Origin: Clostridiales bacterium
GTDB taxonomy: Bacteria > Bacillota > Clostridia > Christensenellales > UBA1242
Reading direction: 5' to 3'
Length of the DNA stretch: 64,000 nt
Assembly: GCA_003522085.1 (NCBI GenBank)
Contig: DPGI01000009.1
Coordinates: 66,483-130,482, forward strand
The notes under the pieces were generated by a model. The model did not search any database. It was not told where the DNA came from and saw only the letters and a list, made by a program, of their open reading frames with translations. Positions 32,921 through 42,445 of the stretch are shown here, piece by piece (the stretch's first letter is position 1; each line of letters opens with the position of its first letter). The position numbers were made by a program, and so were the translations under genes.

Positions 32921-35788
32921 ATGTCAGCAGGAGCAATCATTGCAATAATTGACGTTGTGTTTTTTGTTTTACTAGGACTAGGCTTTTTAGAGGGCTTTTT
33001 GCGAGGAGTAAAACGTTCATCGCTTGAACTTGGAATTTCAATTGCGGGGATTATAATTGTCGCATTGATAACTCCAGTTGTAACCGATGCAATTTTAAAC
33101 ATACAAATCACAGCAAACGGGACAACCTCATCGCTGAAAACCTTTATTATAAACATGCTTTCTAGCAATCCAGACGTGGAAAATTTAATAAACGGCTCGC
33201 CAAGCACGAAAACATTGCTTGAAAAACTTCCAACTGTTTTGATGGCGGCGGTGGTTTTCTTGGTGCTTAACCTTGTAATGAGACTTGTTGTTTATATTGT
33301 ATACAAACTTATTTCACTTGTTTTCAAATCAAAAAAGAAAGAAAAAGAACTTGGGCTAAAACGTAATCGTTGGGTTGGTGGAGCAATTAGCACGTTTAAA
33401 ATGTTTGCATTAGTTTTAGTTATGTTCATGCCACTTACAAGTGCAGTTAAGTTTGCAGACCAAATCATTCCAGCGCAATCAACCGAAGTTTCGGCAGTGG
33501 TTGCCGCAGCAGGAGAAGGGGGAAGCGGGACAGCCGGCGGAGAAACACCAGCACCTTCGACTGATGGAGGGGGAACAACCGACGGAGGTTCGACAACTGA
33601 CGGCGGAATATTTTCTTCGCTTCCACCAGTTGTAAAAAACATAGTTCACGGTGTCAACAAAAGTGCGCTTGGAGTACTTAACGGTGTGGCAGGCATGGAC
33701 GACTTTATGTTTGACCAGGTGGCAAAGGTTGAAATCAACGGTGAGCGTATCAAATTCAGAAGTGAACTTAACAACTATTACACACTTTACAACGACATAT
33801 CATTATTTTTGAAGAATAAAGATGTTGAAAGCATAAATTGGGAAAAACTCGATAAGAGTTATAAAGATGTTACAAGCAATCCTCTTTATAACAGTGTAGT
33901 TTTAAACATAATTGGTGAAAATATAGCAAAATATGAAAATCTTGTGAAAGTTTTTCCACAGATTAAAGAATATGAAGACATATTGAAGAACATAAGTTTG
34001 GCACTTTCGACAAACGACAAATACGCCGAATATTTCAAGCCTGACATTGACAAAATTTATTACACAATCAGCGGTGCGGGCAAATCGGGATATTTGAAAG
34101 AAGTTGTCGGCAAAAAGAACACACTTAGTTCGATAACAGTTTTGGTCGACAAGTATGACGAAGTTCTTACAAACACGGTCAACAACTTGTTTGATTTAAA
34201 CATTGTTCGTGACGCACTTTCACCAGCGCTTAAAACAGTGTTTACAAAAGTGTCTGACGAAGCACTTGGCAACATTCTCGCCGATGCCAACACAAACATA
34301 ACCGACTGGAACGGCTTGAAAGTGAAAGTTAAAAACACAATCGTCGAAGTTGGCAAAATCAACGGCATGATTGAAAAACAAAACGTAGCACTTGGCGACA
34401 TCACAAGCGACTTTATGACTATCTTAAAACTTAAAAACGACGTTCCACAAATCCTTTCTAGATTTGGAAACATGATTGACTGCATCGACAACTTAGAGTT
34501 CATGTCCGACACCGCCGGCAACAAACTCATGCCAAGAGTGTTAAACAAATTTGGACTTACCGACTTAAAAGACGTGAAAGGCGAGACAATCGAAACCTAC
34601 AAAGGCGTGTTTGAGTTTATGTCGCCATCGATTGAAAAACTGATATCGCTTGACATCTACGACGATATGCACGGCGAAGTAAACTTCAACAGCATACTCA
34701 AAAAATTTGCGCAAAGACTTGTAAGTGAAAAAACAGACACCACATATTCAAAATTCATGAGCGACGTTCTGCTTCCACTTTACAAAGTAACAGCGCTTCA
34801 AGACAAAATATTCACACCAATCATAAACGGCAGCAAAACAACCGGCGTGGTTGACTTCTCGCTTTTAGAAGTTGAAAACGACTGGGCAGCATCATATGCA
34901 AACTGGGAAAGCGACCTTCCACAACTCACAGCTGTGATAACCGAACTTGAAAGCAAATATTTTAACGAAGAGACCAAACAAACCATACTTGACTATTTGC
35001 TGACCGAAGGCGGCGACATGAAAGAAGTTGTTAAAAAACTTGACGACGCAACACTTGACAAAGTTATGCCATCAGTGCTGACGGCAAAGAGTTTGCAACC
35101 ACTTCGTGACCAACTTGCAGGCATAGTCGTAAGCACAATCAAAGACGTGACCGGCGACAGCACAGTTTCAATGTCGCTTAATCCAGCGTCATTTACAGGC
35201 GGCGACAGTCAAACATCAGAATTTATAACAATCATAAAAACATTTGTTAAGATTTACAACGCAAGCACAACAATGACAAACCTTGAAGACATTGACGAAA
35301 TCTTGCTTGGCAATCTTTTAGAACAAATGAAACAAAACGCATATCGTGTGGAACTTAACGGAAAGACAAATACGGGCGTGACGAAAGCAATGTTTAGCGC
35401 AATGATAGCAAAAGCGGAAAGCGAATTTGGCATCACCTTCCTTGACGTATTCAAAGCGACAAACATCTACGAAATCAACTTTAACGACATGTTTAAGTTT
35501 ATCAACTTGACAAAGCAATCAAATGCGTTTGCACAAGCGTTTAAAAACGTTGCAATCGACGGCAACAAAGACACGGCGTCAGTTGACGAACTCATGGGCG
35601 CAGTGAAAGCCAACCAAGAAAGTGCGAAAGAGATACTTGTGCTTGCAAATTCACTTGAAGTTGACGCATCGCTCACAACCGAACAAAAGACATACTTTGA
35701 TGCAAAGATAGCCGAACTTGAAGCGGACAGCGAAATTGATCGCGACATCATTGCACAATTCAAAACACTTATTGGAGAAACAGCTTGA
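32921..35788 (+). CDS. large membrane protein with an N-terminal CvpA-like TM domain (955 aa)
   Basis: IIAIIDVVFFVLLGLGFLEGFLRGVKRSSLELGISIAGIIIVALITP resembles the CvpA (colicin V production) family. Gly/Thr/Asp low-complexity segment GGETPAPSTDGGGTTDGGSTTDGG, then a long unassigned C-terminal region. The ATG at 32921 follows GGAGGGG. The stop overlaps the rsmH TTG start (TTGA). Confidence 0.7.
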   Translation: MSAGAIIAIIDVVFFVLLGLGFLEGFLRGVKRSSLELGISIAGIIIVALITPVVTDAILNIQITANGTTSSLKTFIINMLSSNPDVENLINGSPSTKTLLEKLPTVLMAAVVFLVLNLVMRLVVYIVYKLISLVFKSKKKEKELGLKRNRWVGGAISTFKMFALVLVMFMPLTSAVKFADQIIPAQSTEVSAVVAAAGEGGSGTAGGETPAPSTDGGGTTDGGSTTDGGIFSSLPPVVKNIVHGVNKSALGVLNGVAGMDDFMFDQVAKVEINGERIKFRSELNNYYTLYNDISLFLKNKDVESINWEKLDKSYKDVTSNPLYNSVVLNIIGENIAKYENLVKVFPQIKEYEDILKNISLALSTNDKYAEYFKPDIDKIYYTISGAGKSGYLKEVVGKKNTLSSITVLVDKYDEVLTNTVNNLFDLNIVRDALSPALKTVFTKVSDEALGNILADANTNITDWNGLKVKVKNTIVEVGKINGMIEKQNVALGDITSDFMTILKLKNDVPQILSRFGNMIDCIDNLEFMSDTAGNKLMPRVLNKFGLTDLKDVKGETIETYKGVFEFMSPSIEKLISLDIYDDMHGEVNFNSILKKFAQRLVSEKTDTTYSKFMSDVLLPLYKVTALQDKIFTPIINGSKTTGVVDFSLLEVENDWAASYANWESDLPQLTAVITELESKYFNEETKQTILDYLLTEGGDMKEVVKKLDDATLDKVMPSVLTAKSLQPLRDQLAGIVVSTIKDVTGDSTVSMSLNPASFTGGDSQTSEFITIIKTFVKIYNASTTMTNLEDIDEILLGNLLEQMKQNAYRVELNGKTNTGVTKAMFSAMIAKAESEFGITFLDVFKATNIYEINFNDMFKFINLTKQSNAFAQAFKNVAIDGNKDTASVDELMGAVKANQESAKEILVLANSLEVDASLTTEQKTYFDAKIAELEADSEIDRDIIAQFKTLIGETA

Positions 35789-36720
35789 CAGAATTTCAAC
35801 ACATACCAGTATTATTACACGAATGCATAGATGCATTAAACATACGTCCAGACGGAGTGTATGTTGACATGACGTGCGGGGGCGGAGGCCACAGCAGCGA
35901 AATTGCGAAGCGACTGGGCAAGGGCGGCAGGCTAATCTGCTTTGACCAAGACAGTGACGCGATTGAAGCAAGCAAAAGGCGGCTTTCGCCTTTTTCATGC
36001 GTTACGTTTTTCAACGAAAACTTTAAAGACGCAAAAGCGACCTTGCTCCGCGCGGGTATAACCAAGGTTGACGGAATTTTGGCTGACCTTGGCGTAAGCA
36101 GTTATCAAATCGACACAGCGGAAAGGGGATTTAGTTTTCTTCACGACGGTGCACTCGACATGCGCATGAACCGCAACCAAACAAAAAGTGCCTACGACGT
36201 TGTCAACGGTTATTCGCTGTCGCAACTTCGCGACATCATTTTTAAGTATGGCGAAGAAAGTTTCGCTCCAAAAATCGCAGCGGCAATCGTCAAAGCGCGA
36301 CAAACCGCTCCGATTGAAACCACGCTGCAACTTAAAGAAATAATTGAAAGTGTGTTTCCTAAAAAGATAATCTACGGAAAGGGCGGCGTCAGCAAAAAAA
36401 CCTTTCAAGCGATTCGAATTGAAGTGAACGGCGAACTTGACATTCTAAGCCAAGCAGTTGAAGACTTTGTCGACCTACTCGCGCCGCGTGGACGACTTGC
36501 TGTGATAAGTTTTCACAGCCTTGAAGACCGCATCATAAAAAACGTGCTGAAAGACGCCACAACCGACTGCATCTGCCCACCCAAAACACCAATTTGCATT
36601 TGCAACCACAGGGCGAAAGGCAAGTTGATAAACAAAAAGCCAATCACCGCCAGCGCCGAAGAATTGCAGCACAACGACCGTTCGCACTCGGCAAAATTGC
36701 GTGTTTTTGAAAGATTTTAG
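35785..36720 (+). CDS. rsmH: 16S rRNA (cytosine1402-N4)-methyltransferase RsmH (MraW)
   Basis: HIPVLLHECIDAL, DMTCGGGGHS, LADLGVSSYQID, ISFHSLEDRIIK. TTG start. Confidence 0.93.
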   Translation: MTEFQHIPVLLHECIDALNIRPDGVYVDMTCGGGGHSSEIAKRLGKGGRLICFDQDSDAIEASKRRLSPFSCVTFFNENFKDAKATLLRAGITKVDGILADLGVSSYQIDTAERGFSFLHDGALDMRMNRNQTKSAYDVVNGYSLSQLRDIIFKYGEESFAPKIAAAIVKARQTAPIETTLQLKEIIESVFPKKIIYGKGGVSKKTFQAIRIEVNGELDILSQAVEDFVDLLAPRGRLAVISFHSLEDRIIKNVLKDATTDCICPPKTPICICNHRAKGKLINKKPITASAEELQHNDRSHSAKLRVFERF

Positions 36721-36772
36721 ACAAAAACAATCTAAACGTCGCGTTTTTTACAACAAATTTTTTAATAAACTA

Positions 36773-36801
36773 TTGAAATTCACGCAAAAGTATGTTAGAA
36801 T
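36773..36801 (+). promoter_or_regulatory. promoter of the 579-aa lipoprotein gene
   Basis: TTGAAA (36773-36778), 17-nt spacer, TGtTAGAAT (36793-36801). Confidence 0.55.
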
Positions 36802-36827
36802 TTAATAACAATAGGAGGGAAATTCAA

Positions 36828-38567
36828 ATGAAATTTTTCGATAAACTTAAAGAAAAACTTGGAAAAAGAGATTTTAGAAATGGATTGATAAAAATTGGTG
36901 CTGTGGTTACAATTGCAACGGCGGCTGTTACGTTTGCTGCCTGCAACAAAACAGGACAAACACCAACACCTACACCAACTCCAGCTCCAACACCAGGCCC
37001 TGACACATCATACACTGCATCACAAATTCTTGAAGAAAACACTGCCTACAAAAACCTTAACTTGGCAAATGCAGTTTTTGACGAAATTCAACAAAACGTT
37101 GCAAAACAATTTAATGTTGAAAAAGACAAGGTTGAAATTGTTGACATGCACTTTGACAAGCAAAACACAAACAAAGCAACCGTGGTTGCAAAGATAGGTG
37201 GAGAAAAGGTTGTTACTGCGTCATATCAAAACCAAAAGATTGCCGAGCTTCGTGGTGCAAACAAAAAAGACCTTGTTTTAGACGAAGCAGGAATCGCTGC
37301 TGACCAAAAAGTTGAAAAATCACAAAGAGACGAAGTAGATGCAAAATTCACACAAGCAGTTCAAAAAATCTTGGATGAAGTCAAAGCAATTGAAAACATC
37401 ACACCTGAAAGAGTCAATGAAATTTTTGCAGGCGTTTCAGGAATTCAACTTCCAAGTTCATTTACAGATTGTTATGATTTTGCAGTTGTCAGCGGAGTGA
37501 GAGAAGACAGAACAGTTGTTGTCTTCACTGGCAAAAACGGAAAGTTTGAAGACCATGTTTTGTCGGTTGAAGGAAAAGAAAACATGACAAACGAAGAGAT
37601 TTTGGCAGCGATTAAAAGTGGGACTGGCTTCAGCAAAACAACCCGCACAATTGACCCAAGCAAAAAATACGAAGCCCCAGCGCTTGAAGAAAAACCAGTT
37701 GTCAAAGTTGATTTTGATAAAATTTTCGATGAAGTTTTTGGCTCAGACTATAAATTGGTTGCTCCGATTGATCTGTTAAAAGAATATGGTAAAAGAAACA
37801 AACAAAAAATTCTCTTTGCTAATATGTCTTCTGATCAATTAAATCTTTATTTTGAAATGGAAGTAATGGGGAACACATATTATAATAGCAATACCTATAA
37901 AGGTACACATTTGGACGAAATTCTCGAATATTCCAATATTTACAGCGAAATTGGAAATGACTTAAAACAATATTTAAAAGACAAGTATGCTGAAGAAAAA
38001 GATGAGAACGTTGTAAAAAACGGAATGACTTCTTATAAAGAAACAATCAATCAAAAAGTAAAAGCATATGACGAATTAACGACTAACGATTTTAAAAATG
38101 GCAAGGCATTTGCAGACACCAAAGACAATGTTGACAAAGAAGTATTTGGTGCGAAACTTTGCAAGGGCAAAGAAGTGATTGCTACATATGTTGGTGCAAT
38201 GAGCAGCAGAATAAATGATAGTGCGGGAATGTTTAATACGGGTTATTATACAACTTTTGAAACAAGTGTTGTATATAAAGAAAATGATCAAATTATCATC
38301 AAAAAAGACAAGATTTATGTTCCATATTATAACAATTCAACAAATGAAAGTTTGTATAACACTTTCTTAAGCGATACTGATGGAACAAAACATAATATCG
38401 AATCAATCAGCACTGAAGTTGTCAACAACCCTGTGATTGCAACCGAAAATGGGGAAAGGGCAGAATACAACATTTCATTTGAAAGTGACGATCCGCAACT
38501 TGCCAGCATTGCATCTTCTGCAATTTCACAATGGTTGAAAAATGAAGAAGATTCACTTTCAAGATAA
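36828..38567 (+). CDS. lipoprotein with a Pro/Thr linker, function unknown (579 aa)
   Basis: The ATG at 36828 follows AGGAGGG. Signal plus lipobox is ...VTIATAAVTFAAC, then QTPTPTPTPAPTPGPD. Confidence 0.72.
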   Translation: MKFFDKLKEKLGKRDFRNGLIKIGAVVTIATAAVTFAACNKTGQTPTPTPTPAPTPGPDTSYTASQILEENTAYKNLNLANAVFDEIQQNVAKQFNVEKDKVEIVDMHFDKQNTNKATVVAKIGGEKVVTASYQNQKIAELRGANKKDLVLDEAGIAADQKVEKSQRDEVDAKFTQAVQKILDEVKAIENITPERVNEIFAGVSGIQLPSSFTDCYDFAVVSGVREDRTVVVFTGKNGKFEDHVLSVEGKENMTNEEILAAIKSGTGFSKTTRTIDPSKKYEAPALEEKPVVKVDFDKIFDEVFGSDYKLVAPIDLLKEYGKRNKQKILFANMSSDQLNLYFEMEVMGNTYYNSNTYKGTHLDEILEYSNIYSEIGNDLKQYLKDKYAEEKDENVVKNGMTSYKETINQKVKAYDELTTNDFKNGKAFADTKDNVDKEVFGAKLCKGKEVIATYVGAMSSRINDSAGMFNTGYYTTFETSVVYKENDQIIIKKDKIYVPYYNNSTNESLYNTFLSDTDGTKHNIESISTEVVNNPVIATENGERAEYNISFESDDPQLASIASSAISQWLKNEEDSLSR

Positions 38568-38621
38568 AAAACAAACTAATAATTTTGCTTATTTCAACCA
38601 TTTAATTTAAAGGAGAAAATT

Positions 38622-39173
38622 ATGCAAAAACAATTGACGCACTATGAATTTAAACAAATGCAAAAAAGTAATAAAAATGACATAATTTTTGTGCTAGACA
38701 ACCTTGAACATGATGAAAATATTGGTTCCGCTTTTCGAATTGCAGATGCTTTCAACATAACAAAGATAATAATTATAAAAAATGGCGAAATAGATTTAAA
38801 AAAATTACAAAAAACCGCAAGAAGTTGCCAAAAAAATGTGGATTATTCAATTTATGACAACGCTACGGATGCGCTTAATGAGATAACAACGCTTGGGTTT
38901 ACGCCTATCAATATTGAAATAACATCCACAAGTGTTCCACTGAGAGCAGTTAACTTTTCAGATATTGGGAAAGTAGCATTAATAGTCGGAAATGAAAGAT
39001 ATGGTGTAAGTGATGAAATTTTGCAACAAGTTCCGCTTTCATGCCATATTGAAATGTATGGCAACAATTCTTCAATGAATGTGTCGACAAGTTTGGCAAT
39101 CGCGGCATACAAAGCAAGTGAAGATTTATTAATAAAAAAAAAGATAAGGGAGGAAATTGAAAATGTGCGATGA
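38622..39173 (+). CDS. SpoU/TrmH-family RNA 2'-O-methyltransferase
   Basis: NLEHDENIGSAFRIADAF, LIVGNERYGVSDEIL, IEMYGNNSSMNVSTSLAIAAY (SPOUT knot motifs). Confidence 0.8.
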   Translation: MQKQLTHYEFKQMQKSNKNDIIFVLDNLEHDENIGSAFRIADAFNITKIIIIKNGEIDLKKLQKTARSCQKNVDYSIYDNATDALNEITTLGFTPINIEITSTSVPLRAVNFSDIGKVALIVGNERYGVSDEILQQVPLSCHIEMYGNNSSMNVSTSLAIAAYKASEDLLIKKKIREEIENVR

Positions 39174-39378
39174 TAAATATTACAGAGAAACAAGGTCATA
39201 CACTGATGATGATGGCAACGAGGTAGAGATTAACGAGGTTATATACGACAGAACTGACGGAACAGGTGTCGATTACGTTGAACAAACTAAAGTTAATGGC
39301 TATGAAGTAGGGCATCATACAGAACATCCAGATGGCACTGTCCATGATTATGGAATTTATTTGGGTGATGACGACTAA
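39163..39378 (+). CDS. small acidic protein (71 aa)
   Basis: The ATG at 39163 sits 10 nt after GGGAGG and overlaps the end of the SpoU gene by 11 nt. Rich in Asp/Gly/Thr (DDDGNEVEINEV...DGTGVDY...HPDGTVHDYG). Confidence 0.45.
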   Translation: MCDDKYYRETRSYTDDDGNEVEINEVIYDRTDGTGVDYVEQTKVNGYEVGHHTEHPDGTVHDYGIYLGDDD

Positions 39379-39393
39379 AAATTTTAATAGGGG

Positions 39394-39426
39394 AAAGAAC
39401 GTTTCACAAATAAACGTTCTTTTTTA
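39394..39426 (+). terminator. intrinsic terminator
   Basis: 11-bp perfect stem AAAGAACGTTT / AAACGTTCTTT, 7-nt loop, then a T-run. Confidence 0.78.
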
Positions 39427-39497
39427 TTATTAAAAAAGGCAAGCGCGGGAAGTGTTTTTTTTGTTGAAATGCAAAATAATTTGTTTTTTTATGCAAA

Positions 39498-41579
39498 ATG
39501 ATATATCATAAAAGTGTGAAAACAAAAATTAAAAAAATTTTTTCTCGTTTTGTTTTGATTATGCTGATGAGTGTGTTTTGTTTCACTTGCACAGTCGGAT
39601 GCAGTGTTTTTGATGGTCTAAAACCAACACCACCAAAACAGAATGAGCAAATCGGCTCGTCAGACCCACCACCAAAACACCCAGACCACAATCCTCCAAA
39701 AGACGATGATGACGACGATGACGACAACCTCGACCCTGACAATGACGACCAAAACAAAAAAGATGAACTAACGGGTGGAATTTCGGTTGACTATGTTAAA
39801 GTGCTTCGCAAACCTTTGTCATATGACTTTTCGGGCAACGTGACTGATAAAGATGGTGGAGAAGGAACAAACAGAGAATATTATTACAATTTTGGAACAG
39901 ACATTTTATCTTGGCTATTTAGAACTTATGGAAATTTTAATACAGAATACAATACTAATTTATATACAAATGTTTTTGATGAATATTATCAAACAACAAA
40001 CAATGAAAAAATGAATGAGTTGGCGCAAAACTTTGAAGTGGATGCCAACAAAGACAACTATCTTTATTGGTATGATGCTTTGCGTTATCAAATTACAAGA
40101 GTAACCCCACGATATAATGATAAAAACAATGCAGGTAAAACGACAGACAAAGAGGAAGATGCCGTCACTGATAATGGCAAAACTATAGAAGAAGGTGGAA
40201 CGCCAATCATTGTAAGTTATGATGTATCTGCAGATACTCAAAGAGGCTGGAATTGGGGATTAAGTAAAAACAACATAAAGTACAACACATTTTTAAAAGC
40301 GAATTTCGGAATAGAAAATAATAATTATCTTATAAATTCTAACTTTGAAGTTGATTCCGAAATAATTCAGTACGACTTTGCGACCTTTGAGAATTATTAT
40401 TCGGGCGGGTTATCTGCTGAAATGATTGATGGTGGGTTCCCATACTTTTTCGAAAGCCAAACATTTAATAATGCATTCATTAACAATGACTACAACCGTG
40501 CATTGGAATATGCTATTTACAATATTGTTCTTGGAATTACACCTAGAAATATGAATGTGACTTACACTGGGACTGACGGTGCGCCGGTTGTCACCATTGA
40601 CGGCTATTCAGCAACCACTGGTGCAAATGCAAAGACAAGCGCCGAAGTTGCTGTTGAAGACATTAAATCAACATTCAATCGTTTGGGCTCTTATGTTGGT
40701 CTTACAACCAAAAACAAAAAAGACATTGTAAAATACATTCTCGAAAACGTCATCGGCGAGCAAGCAAAGTCAGAATATAAAGTTGATGGCATAGAAAAGC
40801 AAGTAAATTATTATTACGAAGATGTTGTCACTGCCATAGTTGATTATTGCGGAAAGTTGACAACAATCGGAAAGGCAAGCGAAGGCGACCCAACCACAGA
40901 CACCAAAATCGACGACGCATACATTGCATCTGAAGTTGCCGACTATCCATACACAACTTTCTTCTCAAAGTTTGGAAATGGCGACCCATTTAAAAATAAA
41001 AAACCTTATGAATATCAAAGTGCAGTGATTGTGCCAAGCCGTGAAACAACGGTCACTGACATTTGGCTCGACTTTAAATATGACGCTGGCAACGACGGCG
41101 ATGACATTTATGACCCTGAAAAGTTTTTGGACATTACTGTTTCGATTCGCTGGAACAAAGGCGACGGCTCGCCAATTCATGTTATGCAAAAAAATGTTCG
41201 CATTAAAGACGGACCTGTTGATGTTGGTGGGGAAAGCACGATTGAATTTGAGTTTGAGCCAGCACGCGGAAGTTATGCGTTTGGCGAACCTGTCAAAATC
41301 GGAATGTTCAACACTCCTGACGCGCTTAAAACAACAAAAGAGAAACGTGTGATTATAATTTCGGGTTTGACCGATGCCCGCCGTTATTACAAAGTGTTGC
41401 AAAGCGCTACCTATGGCGGTTATGGTGTGCTTGACAACTCTAAGTTCGATTGCAGTTATCTCGAAATCGCTTACAGCGTTGCAAAAATCCCTGGCGACAC
41501 CACAACCAACTATGCGTTCTACACAAGCATATCAAACTTCGTTGAAGACGAAGAAGAAGACACGTCGTGGATGCATTAG
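39498..41579 (+). CDS. lipoprotein with a poly-Asp tract, function unknown (693 aa)
   Basis: Lipobox ...CFTCTVGC. D8 run encoded at 39702-39725, within PPKDDDDDDDDNLDPDNDDQ. No catalytic motif recognised. No clear SD. Confidence 0.68.
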   Translation: MIYHKSVKTKIKKIFSRFVLIMLMSVFCFTCTVGCSVFDGLKPTPPKQNEQIGSSDPPPKHPDHNPPKDDDDDDDDNLDPDNDDQNKKDELTGGISVDYVKVLRKPLSYDFSGNVTDKDGGEGTNREYYYNFGTDILSWLFRTYGNFNTEYNTNLYTNVFDEYYQTTNNEKMNELAQNFEVDANKDNYLYWYDALRYQITRVTPRYNDKNNAGKTTDKEEDAVTDNGKTIEEGGTPIIVSYDVSADTQRGWNWGLSKNNIKYNTFLKANFGIENNNYLINSNFEVDSEIIQYDFATFENYYSGGLSAEMIDGGFPYFFESQTFNNAFINNDYNRALEYAIYNIVLGITPRNMNVTYTGTDGAPVVTIDGYSATTGANAKTSAEVAVEDIKSTFNRLGSYVGLTTKNKKDIVKYILENVIGEQAKSEYKVDGIEKQVNYYYEDVVTAIVDYCGKLTTIGKASEGDPTTDTKIDDAYIASEVADYPYTTFFSKFGNGDPFKNKKPYEYQSAVIVPSRETTVTDIWLDFKYDAGNDGDDIYDPEKFLDITVSIRWNKGDGSPIHVMQKNVRIKDGPVDVGGESTIEFEFEPARGSYAFGEPVKIGMFNTPDALKTTKEKRVIIISGLTDARRYYKVLQSATYGGYGVLDNSKFDCSYLEIAYSVAKIPGDTTTNYAFYTSISNFVEDEEEDTSWMH

Positions 41580-41760
41580 GTCGTTCGCGGGGACAACCAA
41601 ATTTTAAACGCGGCCACACCCGCTAGGCGCGGGCAACCGCTAAAATTCAGTTTTCCCCACGTGCCCCTTTCCCGCAACTTGACGCGCCCCGGGCGCTTTC
41701 GACGTTGCATTAGGGCGCGCTAAATTGTTTTCGCCGGGCAAAGCCCTTCCCCGAAAAAGT
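41572..41760. repeat. GC-rich non-coding island with degenerate tandem structure and a 9-bp direct repeat
   Basis: TGCATTAGG occurs at 41572-41580 (including the lipoprotein stop) and again at 41706-41714. After each copy comes related sequence: ...AAATTTTAAACGCGGCCACACCC versus ...AAATTGTTTTCGCCGGGCAAAGCCC. A GGGC..GCTAAA(A)TT-like motif appears three times (41589, 41631, 41713). Confidence 0.55.
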
Positions 41761-41908
41761 TTAGCATCGCACATTTTATTGATAAATAAGCAAGACAAGA
41801 AGATAAAAAGTGACATTAAATGCTGGCTTTGCCAGCTATCATGCAACGCCCCATTGCGTTGCCAATTGTCTAGCCAATCGTCATATAAACAAGGAGTTTT
41901 GAATACAT

Positions 41909-42442
41909 ATGAAAGAGAGAGACATTCTTTTGCTTGAAAAAGATGTTGAGGTTGAACAAAAACTCGAAAAAGCGAGTAAAAAAATCAACCTTTCTTCTAT
42001 CAAGGCTCAAGTAGAGTCTCCTAAAACTGAAAACATTGTTATCGAAACCCCGAACTATGATTTGTTGCCCGACGTGACTCCCGAAAAGAAAAAACGCGTT
42101 CTTAAACTTGAAAAATTAGTCGAGAAAAAACAGCCTAAACCTAAAAAATCCGTTTTCAAAATCGTCATCGCTGCTGTTTTGATTGGACTGGTTGTCGGGC
42201 TTGGTGCGTTTACCGGTGTCGAATTGGCAGATTCAATCAACGCCTACAACGCTGCGCAATCTTCTTACTCTATCAACGCAGCAAAACTCATGCAAAAAAT
42301 CTACTCCGTCGACTCGGGAAATAAGACTGCCGAACTGATCGAAACTTTTCCTACCGAACTCATGCATCCCGACCAGATGAAAAAACAGTCAAACTGGTTT
42401 GATAGATTTTGCAAGTTTTTATCGGGGTTCTTTGGAGGTTAA
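41909..42442 (+). CDS. bitopic membrane protein in the FtsL position of the dcw cluster (177 aa)
   Basis: AAGGAG RBS. Lys/Glu-rich cytoplasmic N-terminus, single TM VFKIVIAAVLIGLVVGLGAFTGV, and a ~70-aa external tail. Ends 3 nt before the PBP gene. Assignment is by position and topology only. Confidence 0.5.
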   Translation: MKERDILLLEKDVEVEQKLEKASKKINLSSIKAQVESPKTENIVIETPNYDLLPDVTPEKKKRVLKLEKLVEKKQPKPKKSVFKIVIAAVLIGLVVGLGAFTGVELADSINAYNAAQSSYSINAAKLMQKIYSVDSGNKTAELIETFPTELMHPDQMKKQSNWFDRFCKFLSGFFGG

Positions 42443-42445
42443 CCT

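Noticed and set aside
41640-41937. 68-aa (minus) and 70-aa (plus) ORFs inside the GC island
   Set aside because: No RBS. The Arg/Gly/Pro/Ala-rich composition is typical of translated GC-rich non-coding DNA. They overlap each other and the repeats.
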